64,000 nt of DNA from Bacillota bacterium (GTDB taxonomy: Bacteria; Bacillota; Sulfobacillia; Fermentithermobacillales; Fermentithermobacillaceae): positions 288,856 through 352,855 of the forward strand of contig JBMNKK010000003.1 of NCBI GenBank assembly GCA_050952125.1. The letters run 5' to 3'. The notes below the pieces were generated by a model, which was not told the origin of the DNA, ran no database searches, and saw only the letters and a program-made list of their open reading frames with translations. Below, piece after piece: positions 19,127-27,299 of the stretch; position 1 is the first letter of the stretch; each line of letters opens with the position of its first letter. The translations under genes and the position numbers were made by a program.

Positions 19127-19525
19127 ATGATGGGAACCGTGGGGGGCGTGTTTACGGTGGAGAGTCCTCTTCCCGAATGTGAATCGGGGCGTTACTGGGA
19201 AGTCAGGCCCGGTGATACGGTATACCTTATCGCGACAGAACTGGGCGTGTCGCCCGGTGAAATACTGCAGCTTAACCCCGGCATTGATCCTGACAATCTG
19301 CAGGTAGGCTCGATACTGTGCCTGCCGCGACCGGCCGGAATCCCCATAGGGCCGGTGCCTCCGTGCGCTTCCGGCCTTTACTGGGTAGTAGCCTCCGGTG
19401 ATACCCTCTTTACCATAGCGGAGGCAACCTCTACCACGGTGCGCGTCTTGATGGAATTGAACCCTCACGTCGACCCGCTAAATCTGCAGGTCGGCATGAG
19501 CATCTGCCTTCCGGGAATATCCTAG
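19127..19525 (+). CDS. Two-LysM-domain protein without a signal peptide (spore coat/cortex-associated type)
   Basis: Two LysM repeats: YWEVRPGDTVYLIATELGVSPGEILQLNPGIDPDNLQVGSILCLP and LYWVVASGDTLFTIAEATSTTVRVLMELNPHVDPLNLQVGMSICLP. There is no N-terminal hydrophobic segment. Confidence 0.75.
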   Translation: MMGTVGGVFTVESPLPECESGRYWEVRPGDTVYLIATELGVSPGEILQLNPGIDPDNLQVGSILCLPRPAGIPIGPVPPCASGLYWVVASGDTLFTIAEATSTTVRVLMELNPHVDPLNLQVGMSICLPGIS

Positions 19526-19563
19526 GAACCTCTCAAATTAGCTGCAGAACCTCTTTTCGTCTG

Positions 19564-19580
19564 TGCTATATTTACTGACA
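19564..19580 (+). promoter_or_regulatory. Candidate GlnR/TnrA box upstream of glnA
   Basis: TGCTATATTTACTGACA matches TGTNAN7TNACA with one mismatch. It lies ~95 nt upstream of the glnA ATG and overlaps a TATATT -10-like element. Confidence 0.35.
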
Positions 19581-19673
19581 TAAATGCTGCGCATAGCAAA
19601 GAGAGCTGACGCATGATCGCTTTACGCGAAGGCCCGTCCGCGCGAATCCCGCCTGCATGAAAGGAAGGAGACT

Positions 19674-21020
19674 ATGGCTTCACCCAAGGAAGCCCTCACC
19701 AAAGAAGACGTACTCCGCTTGGCAGAAGAGCAACGTGTGAGATTCATCCTGCTCCAGTTCACCGATATCCTGGGCGTCATGAAAAACGTGTCTATACCGG
19801 TGGAACAGTTACCGAAGGCTCTAGAGGGACAGATCCTCTTCGACGGGTCGTCGGTTCACGGGTTCGTGCGTATCGAGGAATCGGACATGCTTCTCAAACC
19901 CGACCCGGCTACGTACGTGTCCTTCCCGTGGCTGAACGGAGCGCGAGAGAACACAGCCAGGTTGATCTGCGACATATATACCCCCGACGGCGAGCCGTTC
20001 GCCGGGTGCCCAAGGCTCACTTTGAAGAAGGTGTTGCTCGAGGCGGCGGCAATGGGCTACAGCGTCAACATGGGCCCCGAAGCTGAGTTCTTTCTCTTTG
20101 AGCTGGACGAGCACGGCAGACCTACCGTCAGGACCTACGACCAAGGGAGCTACTTCGACCACTCGCCCGTCGACACAGGCGAGGCTGCACGGAGAGACAT
20201 GGTCATCACCCTTCAAGACCTGGGTTTTGAGATTGAGGCTTCTCACCACGAGACCGCGCCGGCTCAACATGAGATAGACTTCCGCTACGCCGACGCCCTC
20301 TCTACCGCCGACAGGATGATCACGCTTAAACTCGTCGTCCACATAGTAGCGCAGAGGCACGGGCTGCATGCCACCTTCATGCCGAAACCCGTGTCCGGGA
20401 TAGCGGGCTCGGGCATGCACGTACACCAGTCACTTTTCCGGGGCGGAGCCAACGCGTTCGACGACCCCACTGGACCTTACGGCCTAAGCCGGGATTGCCT
20501 TACGTACCTCGGCGGTCTCCTCGAGCACGCGCGTGGCCTTACTGCCATCACCAATCCGCTCGTCAACTCGTACAAACGTCTGGTCTCGGGCTACGAGGCG
20601 CCGGTCTACATCGCCTGGTCCGAGAAGAACCGCAGCCCTCTAGTCAGAGTACCTGCCAGAAGAGGTCTTAGCACCCGCCTTGAACTGCGGAGTCCTGACC
20701 CGTCGTGCAATCCCTATCTCGCCATGGCTGCCATGGTAGCCGCAGGCCTCGATGGGATCAGAAAGGGCATCCAGCCTCCGCCTCCGATCCAGCGGAACAT
20801 CTATGAAATGGACCTTGAGGAACGCTCGCGCTTAGGGATTGGAAGCCTTCCGGCGAACATTGAAGAAGCGGTGGAAGAGCTCCTTCGTGACGAAGTGATT
20901 GCCTCGGCAATAGGCGATCATATCGTAGGCCGGTTCGTCGATGCGAAGCGGATCGAAGCGAACCTGTACCGCACTCAGGTTCACCAGTGGGAGCTCGACC
21001 AATACCTGTCTGTCTTCTGA
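19674..21020 (+). CDS. glnA: Glutamine synthetase type I
   Basis: 448 aa with ...RFILLQFTDILGVMKNVSIP..., ...GPEAEFFLF..., ...HHETAPAQHEIDFRY... and ...KPVSGIAGSGMHVHQSL.... SD GGAAGGAG lies upstream. Confidence 0.96.
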   Translation: MASPKEALTKEDVLRLAEEQRVRFILLQFTDILGVMKNVSIPVEQLPKALEGQILFDGSSVHGFVRIEESDMLLKPDPATYVSFPWLNGARENTARLICDIYTPDGEPFAGCPRLTLKKVLLEAAAMGYSVNMGPEAEFFLFELDEHGRPTVRTYDQGSYFDHSPVDTGEAARRDMVITLQDLGFEIEASHHETAPAQHEIDFRYADALSTADRMITLKLVVHIVAQRHGLHATFMPKPVSGIAGSGMHVHQSLFRGGANAFDDPTGPYGLSRDCLTYLGGLLEHARGLTAITNPLVNSYKRLVSGYEAPVYIAWSEKNRSPLVRVPARRGLSTRLELRSPDPSCNPYLAMAAMVAAGLDGIRKGIQPPPPIQRNIYEMDLEERSRLGIGSLPANIEEAVEELLRDEVIASAIGDHIVGRFVDAKRIEANLYRTQVHQWELDQYLSVF

Positions 21021-21048
21021 GAGAGGTGCCTACTAATGCAGCAGTTGT

Positions 21049-21080
21049 GAGGCCGGCCCTGGAGCCGGCCTCGTTTCTTG
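21049..21080 (+). terminator. Rho-independent terminator after glnA (between convergent glnA and trpS)
   Basis: Perfect 9-bp stem GAGGCCGGC-cctgga-GCCGGCCTC followed by GTTTCTTG. Confidence 0.7.
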
Positions 21081-21110
21081 CCGTGTGATATGATCACGAG
21101 CGGTTCATGC

Positions 21111-22121
21111 TCACAGCTTGGTTTCGACCGGATCTATGAAGAGCGATAGCCCCATCTTTTCTTTGGCGCGCTTCACGACTTCGGAAGACACTTCGTGAGC
21201 CCGCCTTGCCCCGCTTATGAGAATCTCCCGGTACTCTCCGGTTCGAAGGAGTTCGTCTCGGCGCCGCTGGATCGGCGCCAAGGTCTCCACGACCACCTCG
21301 GCCAATCCCTTCTTGAACTCGGCGTAACCCTTCCCCTCGTAAGACTCGACCACCTTGGAAATGGGCTCTCCTATGCATAGAGAGTAGATTGTAATGAGGT
21401 TGGCCAGCGCAGGGCGGTCCTCCGGGCTGTAAGCCACTTCCCTACCTGAATCGGTGACTGCCCTCTTCACTTTCCTGACAATCTCGTCTGGGGGATCTCC
21501 CAGAGATATGAACCCCGCGGGATTCGGGTCGGACTTAGACATCTTCCTGGCCGGATCTTGCAGCGACATAATCCTTGCCCCGGTTTCGGCTATGAGGGGC
21601 TCGGGAACCTTAAATGTCTTGCCGAAGCGAGAGTTGAAACGTATGGCAAGATCGCGGCAGAGCTCGACGTGCTGCTTCTGATCGTCTCCGACGGGGACCG
21701 CGTCGGAATCGTACAGGAGGATGTCCGCCGCCATCAAGGCCGGGTAGGTAAAAAGGCCTCCCGAAACCGACTCTCTCCCTTCGGATTTCTCTTTGAACTG
21801 GGTCATTCTCGAGAGCTCACCAAAGGCAGCGGTGCACTCCATTATCCAACCGAGTTGCGTATGTGCCGGTACATCTGACTGCACGAACAAAGTTACCTTC
21901 GAAGGATCCAGACCGGCAGACAGCATATACACGGCGGTATCGACGATCTGACTTCTCAGCGACGCCGGGTCCTGAGGCACGGTGATCGCGTGATAGTCCA
22001 CGACGCTGTAAAAGCAGTCGTAGTCGTCCTGGATCTCCACGAAATGCTTGATAGCTCCCAGGTAATTTCCTAGGGTCAATATCCCGGTGGGCTGGACCCC
22101 TGAGAACACTCTTCTCTTCAT
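21111..22121 (-). CDS. trpS: Tryptophan--tRNA ligase
   Basis: 336 aa. The N-terminus is MKRRVFSGVQPTGILTLGNYLGAI (HIGH-region equivalent) and the KMSKS motif reads ...RKMSKSDPN.... Confidence 0.96.
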   Translation of the reverse strand: MKRRVFSGVQPTGILTLGNYLGAIKHFVEIQDDYDCFYSVVDYHAITVPQDPASLRSQIVDTAVYMLSAGLDPSKVTLFVQSDVPAHTQLGWIMECTAAFGELSRMTQFKEKSEGRESVSGGLFTYPALMAADILLYDSDAVPVGDDQKQHVELCRDLAIRFNSRFGKTFKVPEPLIAETGARIMSLQDPARKMSKSDPNPAGFISLGDPPDEIVRKVKRAVTDSGREVAYSPEDRPALANLITIYSLCIGEPISKVVESYEGKGYAEFKKGLAEVVVETLAPIQRRRDELLRTGEYREILISGARRAHEVSSEVVKRAKEKMGLSLFIDPVETKL

Positions 22122-22139
22122 CGCTTTGCGCCCCTAAAC

Positions 22140-22402
22140 GGTGCGCGCACCTCCTTTCAAATCAAAAGCCCCGTCCCCGTAAGGGACGGAGCATCTCCGC
22201 GGTGCCACCCAATTTCGCCTGTAAGCGCTGCTCTTTGAAGGCGCCATCACGCCCTCCATCTACGGTAACGGAGATGAACCGGCTTTCGCAGGCTCCCAAG
22301 TCCATTCGCGCGCCGCAGACCACCGGATTCACACCCTCGCCGGCTCTCTTTGGCCCCGAAAGGCCGCGCTACTCTTCTTGTTCACAGCCCGAATATGGAT
22401 TT
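22140..22402 (-). promoter_or_regulatory. T-box riboswitch leader of trpS (Trp specifier UGG)
   Basis: On the minus strand: GA/AGTA elements (AGAAGAGTAGCGCGG) and the specifier context GCGAA-UGG-A (22304..22302). The T-box sequence is AAATTGGGTGGCACCGCGG (about 22216..22197). The terminator is CCGTCCC-ttac-GGGGACGG followed by GGCTTTTGATTT (22189..22159). Confidence 0.88.
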
Positions 22403-22408
22403 TCAGAG

Positions 22409-22437
22409 ATTATCCCACGAAAGAGGCACCTCTGCAA
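22409..22437 (-). promoter_or_regulatory. Candidate sigma-A promoter driving the trpS T-box leader
   Basis: TTGCAG (22437..22432), 17-nt spacer, TGgGATAAT (extended -10; GATAAT at 22414..22409). Confidence 0.55.
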
Positions 22438-22671
22438 CAGAGAACGTATCGGCATTCCTAGTCCTGCGGAACACTAAAGGCATGCATATTCTCATCGGTT
22501 GCGGAACAATACTGGTCTGCATCTATACGTTGGCGTGGGCATGGACATTGGGGAAGCGCGGAAATCGCGCGGGCGCGATATGGACCGTGCTCCTAGCGGC
22601 GTCTTCTACGGCCGTGACTCTCTATTACCTGATCCGCCATAGATTCTATCCATAATGCCGCTGTACCGGCA

Positions 22672-22705
22672 GATAGAAAAAAGGTGCCCGGACGTCTGCC
22701 CGGGC
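22672..22705 (-). terminator. Rho-independent terminator downstream of the LuxR-type gene
   Basis: The minus strand reads GCCCGG-gcagacgt-CCGGGC followed by ACCTTTTTTCTATC. Confidence 0.7.
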
Positions 22706-22761
22706 GCTCTCGCTGCTGCCATCGCATCTCGGGGGGAGATCTGCGATCGCATGACAACTTC

Positions 22762-23454
22762 TCATTGGTGTTCATCGATCTCGAAAAACACTTCTTGAGG
22801 GGCGTAAGGCCCATTTTTATGGGACGAAAGACCCTTGACAGCGAAGAGCGCGGCCTTAGTCCTGTCAGACACTCCTATTTTTCGGAAAACACTGTACAGA
22901 TGATTCTTCACTGTCTTTTCGCTTATGTAGAGTTCCTTGGCAATGGCCTTGTTTGTGTACCCCTTCCCCACCAGACTCAAGACCTCTGCCTCACGCTCAC
23001 TGAGCTCCTCCGGAGCGAGCCGCCCGATGCCTGAATCGTCGATATCTACGTCCTGCGTCTCGCTCTTCCGGATCACCGACGCCGCGACGTACAGATCTCC
23101 CCTCATCGCTGCTTCCAGCGAAGCCAAAATCTGGTCTGAGGTTGCCTGCTCGTCAAGCAGCGCGCATATGCCCATATGGTGTCCGAAGGAAAGGTTGCGG
23201 ATGCCGATCTTCTCGAGGACGACAACAAGTCGGGACCTGGGGAATCGCCTTCTGATGACTGTCAGATGATCCCGCAGCCTGGCTTTATCCCGACCGGCCT
23301 CGAGAAAAACGACATCGTACTTAGACCCGGGCAGCTTTCTTCCGTTTCCTGAGAGCGGCGCGTAACACGCATTGATAAAGCTCTGCCGCGCCAGAAGAAG
23401 CTGGATCCCCTTTTGCCACGAGGGCTTTTCATAGGCAACAAGAACGTTCAGCAA
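22762..23454 (-). CDS. LuxR/NarL-type regulator with a degenerate (pseudo-)receiver domain
   Basis: The C-terminal HTH is LSEREAEVLSLVGKGYTNKAIAKELYISEKTVKNHLYSVFRKIGVSDRTKAALFAV. The N-terminal domain aligns to the REC fold, but the acidic pair, phospho-Asp, Thr/Ser and Lys positions read YE, E52, L/E and D. Confidence 0.85.
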   Translation of the reverse strand: MLNVLVAYEKPSWQKGIQLLLARQSFINACYAPLSGNGRKLPGSKYDVVFLEAGRDKARLRDHLTVIRRRFPRSRLVVVLEKIGIRNLSFGHHMGICALLDEQATSDQILASLEAAMRGDLYVAASVIRKSETQDVDIDDSGIGRLAPEELSEREAEVLSLVGKGYTNKAIAKELYISEKTVKNHLYSVFRKIGVSDRTKAALFAVKGLSSHKNGPYAPQEVFFEIDEHQ

Positions 23455-23524
23455 TGCCCCGCCTCCCTGCGAGGAGAATACAAAGCTATCATCGGAAAGT
23501 TACGGGGAGAGATAAGTGGTGCCG

Positions 23525-24112
23525 CTACTCTTTTGGGCAGGGAGTCTGGGCTTCTCCTTGTGTTGCGTCAGATTCGACGCGAAATCTGTCTATGTACTCT
23601 AGCACGCGGCGTTCCAAAACGCGCATCAGACGCGTACCCGCGAATTCTCGTCGACCTATTTGCTCAACCAGTGCCGTATAGCACCCGACAAGGTTGCCGC
23701 CCAACACATCGGTGAATATCTGGTCGCCTACGACACATGCTTCGGCGGGCGCCGCATCCACCGCTTTGAGAGCCCTCCAGAAAAACCTCTGGACAGGCTT
23801 GCGGGCTCCCACCACGAGTTTCGTCTGCAGCTTCTCAGACATTTTCTCGATTGTGGGAGAAGGCCTTGCGTTTGTCAGTATCACCGTCCGGAATCCCTCA
23901 CTGTGAAGATCCCTGAACCACGACGCGAGTTCATCGGCGACGCGGTAGTCTCTCCATGGAACCAGCGTGTTGTCGAGATCGGTGAGGATGGCCGTAACGC
24001 ACTTCTCTTTCAGCCAAGGTATTGGAAGATCGTATATGGTCTTCAAACGCAGTGTGGGGGTCAAGAGGCGCATGGGCCCGTAGCCCTTAAGCTCGCGTAC
24101 GTTTCCCAACAC
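23525..24112 (-). CDS. yqeG: YqeG-family HAD-IIIA phosphatase
   Basis: 195 aa with the motifs ...AILTDLDNTLVPW... and ...VVGDQIFTDVLGGN.... TTG start with GAGGGGG ~6 nt upstream. Confidence 0.85.
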   Translation of the reverse strand: MLGNVRELKGYGPMRLLTPTLRLKTIYDLPIPWLKEKCVTAILTDLDNTLVPWRDYRVADELASWFRDLHSEGFRTVILTNARPSPTIEKMSEKLQTKLVVGARKPVQRFFWRALKAVDAAPAEACVVGDQIFTDVLGGNLVGCYTALVEQIGRREFAGTRLMRVLERRVLEYIDRFRVESDATQGEAQTPCPKE

Positions 24113-24173
24113 AACACCCCCTCATATCTTACCAGATCATGAGGGGGCTTATATCAAGAGGGCGCTGTACGCC

Positions 24174-24875
24174 TCATTGGATGAAAAACTGGCACGCCTT
24201 AGCCAGCTTTGATAGAGCCCTCTTCTCGATACGGCTCACGTACGAGCGGGAAATACCCAGGAGTTTGGCTATCTCCCGTTGTGTTTTCTGGGGTTTCCCC
24301 GAGAGCCCGTACCGGAGCTCCAGCACCTCTCGTTCTTTCTCATCCAGAACGTTCATCCTCGCCAGCACGCTTTCCGCTTGAACCTTCGCGGTTACAGCCT
24401 CGGCGACATCCCCATCCTCATCCCTCACCAGATCGATATAGGATACCTCGCCGTCGTCATCTTCGGCTGAGAGTGGGTCGAAGAGGTGGAGTTCTGTCTT
24501 GTCGTTCTTGGTGGCCCGTAGGTGCATCAGAATCTCGTTCTCGATGCACTTTGAAGCGTATGTGGCAAGCCTCGTGCCCTTATCCTCTTGGTAGGTATTG
24601 ATGGCCTTTACCAGTCCGATGCTGCCGATCGAAATCATGTCTTCAATGTCCTGGGGATTGGGGTCGAATTTCTTCACAATGTGGGCTACAAGTCGCAGGT
24701 TGTGCTCGACTAGCGTGTTTCGGAGCGACATGTCGCCCCGCCTGACTCCAGCCAGACACATTCTTTCTTCTTCTTCGGATAGCGGATGGGGAAAATGATT
24801 GTTGCTGACATAGCCGAGACAGGTCTCAAGAACTTTCAGGACCAGACGGCCGATTCCGAGAAGTGCGTTCACCAC
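24174..24875 (-). CDS. sigK: Sporulation sigma factor SigK (pro-sigma-K), uninterrupted
   Basis: 233 aa. The pro-sequence plus region 1/2 is ...GYVSNNHFPHPLSEEEE...LVEHNLRLVAHIVKKF...ATYASKCIENEILMHLRA...TQREIAKLLGISRSYVSRIEKRAL. This matches B. subtilis SigK rather than SigE. SD GGAGGGAAGA lies upstream of the GTG. Confidence 0.88.
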   Translation of the reverse strand: MVNALLGIGRLVLKVLETCLGYVSNNHFPHPLSEEEERMCLAGVRRGDMSLRNTLVEHNLRLVAHIVKKFDPNPQDIEDMISIGSIGLVKAINTYQEDKGTRLATYASKCIENEILMHLRATKNDKTELHLFDPLSAEDDDGEVSYIDLVRDEDGDVAEAVTAKVQAESVLARMNVLDEKEREVLELRYGLSGKPQKTQREIAKLLGISRSYVSRIEKRALSKLAKACQFFIQ

Positions 24876-24950
24876 GCGGCTCTTCCCTCCGGATAAAGCG
24901 GTCTTAGCGACCTTACATCCTATTCCCGAGGGGATCTACCTGTGCGTGTC

Positions 24951-26570
24951 CTAGCGGGGAATTATGCGTTCAACTATGTCCCGGAAAATGGGGGCAGCCA
25001 CGCCCGGCCCGTCTCCGCCCTCCTCTACGAAAACCGTGACTGCGTATTTTGGAGCTATGACAGGCGCCCACCCGCTGAACCAGGCGTGGGATGTCCCACT
25101 CGGGAGCCCGGTCTCGGCGGTACCCGTCTTACCGGCGCACCCGTATACCGGGACGTAGGCCTCCCGTCCGGTGCCCTGCCTGGCAGCGAGCAGTAGCGCC
25201 TCTTGAAGAACCTTTGCGGTACCCAGAGAGAACAAGCGGCACACCTCTTGTTCGGCGCCAACGATAAGCTCGGGACTCCTCCATTCACCCCCTGACGCTA
25301 TTGCCCGGAAGAACGCTGCCACCTGCAAGGGGGTGACTGAAAGGTAACCCTGCCCTATGGAGAAGTTGGCGACGTCACCGGCGTACATAAGATAGGGATC
25401 GGGAAGGACGCCCGATACCTCTCCGGGCAGCTCGATACCGGTTGGCACACCGAAGAAGGTGGAGCGCGCGAACTCAACCAGGTCACGGCTCGAGAGCTTG
25501 AGGGCCAACTGGATCAGCGCAGAATTACACGAGTGGGCGACGGCTTCCTTAATAGTCACCTCGCCGTGGCCCTCCTCGCGTGACCCACACGATATTGTGC
25601 GGCCGCCGATCTCCACTTCTCCGTCGCACAAGAATGTGCTGTTCTCGTCAATCAACCCTTTTTCCAAAGCCAGAGCCACAACGACAGGCTTCCATGCGGA
25701 ACCGGGAGGAAAGGCGGACACGGCTCTGTTGACAAAGGGCGAACTTGGGTCGTCAAGGGATCTCTCCGGATGGTTCTGGTCGAACTCTGGTCTTGATGCC
25801 ATGGCGAGTATCTCGCCCGTGGCTACATCAAGCACGACGGCAGCCCCGCTCTCTACCCCTGCAGAATCCAACGCGTCCTCAACCGCCCGCTGAACGGAGG
25901 CATCCAGTGTCGTGAAGAGATCGTTGGGCATGTTCTGCGGAGGAGCTATCCTCACGCCGGAGCCGGGAAGGCCGCTGCCCTCTCCCGTAAGAACAATACC
26001 GGCCGACGCCGGGTAACCGCCTGCTAGAGTTGACTGAAACCACTTTTCCAGCCCGCTCTCTCCCACATTGTCAGACGGGCTGATGTACGCGTTAGCCCTG
26101 ACATGGCCCACTACGTGCCGGGCTATTGAGAGAGGTCCGTAGCGCGTCTCCTCGGGAACGACCCACAACCCGTTATCCCGTCCGCCCCGGAGGATCTCGG
26201 TTATGTGGGCTTCATCCACATTGCGGGCAATCTTTCGAGGGAAGTCCAAAAGAGAGGTGCCGTTATCTGAAAACTGCACTATGGCGCTCGTCCAGGTAGG
26301 GTAATGGAGGGGTGTCCCGTGCCGGTCAACGATGTTGCCGCGCGACAACGCGATGGGCACCCCTCTGTACCGCTGGAAAAAGGCAGGTTCTACAAACCTG
26401 TCTATCTCATAGGCGCCAATGAGCTGGTACCGCACAAAAAGCCCGACAAAGGTCAGGAGAAGGAACGCGACAGCGGCCATCACTTGGCCAGCGCGGCGGT
26501 TGCATACGGCGCGGCCGTCGTCCCCTTCGCCACCTGACGTTCCCGTGCTACGCGTCACCCAAGTTCTCAC
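24951..26570 (-). CDS. Class B penicillin-binding protein (PBP2/SpoVD-like transpeptidase, no PASTA domain)
   Basis: One TM helix (AAVAFLLLTFVGLFV). Motifs are SxxK (PGSAWKPV), SxN (HSCNSA) and KTG (GKTGTAE). The start is uncertain; the track GTG 26570 overlaps the upstream gene by 23 nt. Confidence 0.85.
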   Translation of the reverse strand: MRTWVTRSTGTSGGEGDDGRAVCNRRAGQVMAAVAFLLLTFVGLFVRYQLIGAYEIDRFVEPAFFQRYRGVPIALSRGNIVDRHGTPLHYPTWTSAIVQFSDNGTSLLDFPRKIARNVDEAHITEILRGGRDNGLWVVPEETRYGPLSIARHVVGHVRANAYISPSDNVGESGLEKWFQSTLAGGYPASAGIVLTGEGSGLPGSGVRIAPPQNMPNDLFTTLDASVQRAVEDALDSAGVESGAAVVLDVATGEILAMASRPEFDQNHPERSLDDPSSPFVNRAVSAFPPGSAWKPVVVALALEKGLIDENSTFLCDGEVEIGGRTISCGSREEGHGEVTIKEAVAHSCNSALIQLALKLSSRDLVEFARSTFFGVPTGIELPGEVSGVLPDPYLMYAGDVANFSIGQGYLSVTPLQVAAFFRAIASGGEWRSPELIVGAEQEVCRLFSLGTAKVLQEALLLAARQGTGREAYVPVYGCAGKTGTAETGLPSGTSHAWFSGWAPVIAPKYAVTVFVEEGGDGPGVAAPIFRDIVERIIPR

Positions 26571-27132
26571 GCAGATCTTCCAGAACGGCCAAGTCGCGCG
26601 CCATGAGATCGGAAAACTCTTTGAGACAAGACACCCTGTCCACCTGAGTCTTGAGCAACCACTCGCTCAGGTTACGGGAGTGGCTTTCGATCGCTTCCCG
26701 GACGGACCGCAGTTGTTCCTTGAGCCTGAAGACCTCTTCCCGGTGTCTCATGCTTTCCCGCGACAGCACTGCCATCCGAGAAAACCCCTTGATAAAGGGT
26801 ACAATGTCCTGCCCGGATTCTTCCGTTGCCAGCACCAAGTCCCGCAAGTAACTGAGGAAATCGTCATCACGGACTGTCGAAAGCGGCGCGGCTTCAGAGG
26901 GAGCGGCCGCCGCCTCCGCGACTTCGGCTCGCTTGCCATCGCTCTTCTGGTTCCTGACCTGATAGTACTTCCACCTGGCGGTGAGCCATGACATACGGTT
27001 TTTCTGTCCGTATTCCTTCAGCGCTTGAGTGATAGAAACACCCTCTCGCACACGGCTGTCGACGTAGTCACGGAGGTGCATTTCGCGCTCTTCTTTCCAC
27101 CGGTACCGAGGCGATTTTGCTGAGGTTCCCAA
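26548..27132 (-). CDS. Myb/SANT-like, RsfA-family-like putative sporulation regulator
   Basis: 194 aa with TTG start and AAAGGAG upstream. The N-terminus RYRWKEEREMHLRDYVDSRVREGVSITQALKEYGQKNRMSWLTARWKYYQVRNQ resembles the RsfA W..EE..L...G....A..E.G....RW..VR pattern. The C-terminus is coiled-coil-like. Confidence 0.45.
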   Translation of the reverse strand: MGTSAKSPRYRWKEEREMHLRDYVDSRVREGVSITQALKEYGQKNRMSWLTARWKYYQVRNQKSDGKRAEVAEAAAAPSEAAPLSTVRDDDFLSYLRDLVLATEESGQDIVPFIKGFSRMAVLSRESMRHREEVFRLKEQLRSVREAIESHSRNLSEWLLKTQVDRVSCLKEFSDLMARDLAVLEDLRENLGDA

Positions 27133-27239
27133 ACAAATACAGCTCCTTTCAACATATGGCAGTATATGATTGCGATTGGTTCGCCCTTTTTATGCAGCCC
27201 TAGGATCGGTTTTTGCGTATATGCTATAGGTGACCAAAG

Positions 27240-27269
27240 TTGCAGTGACGGTCAGCCCTAAAGCATAAT
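27240..27269 (+). promoter_or_regulatory. Candidate sigma-A promoter for the GT4 gene
   Basis: TTGCAG (27240..27245), 18-nt spacer, CATAAT (27264..27269), 30 nt upstream of the ATG. Confidence 0.4.
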
Positions 27270-27299
27270 CAGACTAAAGGGACAATTGAGGGAAAAATC

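Noticed and set aside
22482-22655. Possible 57-aa two-TM small membrane protein (MHILIGCGTILVCIYTLAWAWTLGKRGNRAGAIWTVLLAASSTAVTLYYLIRHRFYP) on the + strand between the trpS leader and the LuxR-type gene
   Set aside because: The hydrophobic pattern is suggestive. However, the AAAGG lies only ~1 nt from the ATG. No promoter is visible. Any transcript would have to start inside or antisense to the trpS promoter and T-box leader. I have no homology support. It is left uncalled, although Ribo-seq could revive it.
24174-24875. Looked for a skin-like insertion or truncated sigK halves
   Set aside because: The ORF is continuous from the pro-sequence through region 4.2. No recombinase (spoIVCA-like) gene is adjacent.
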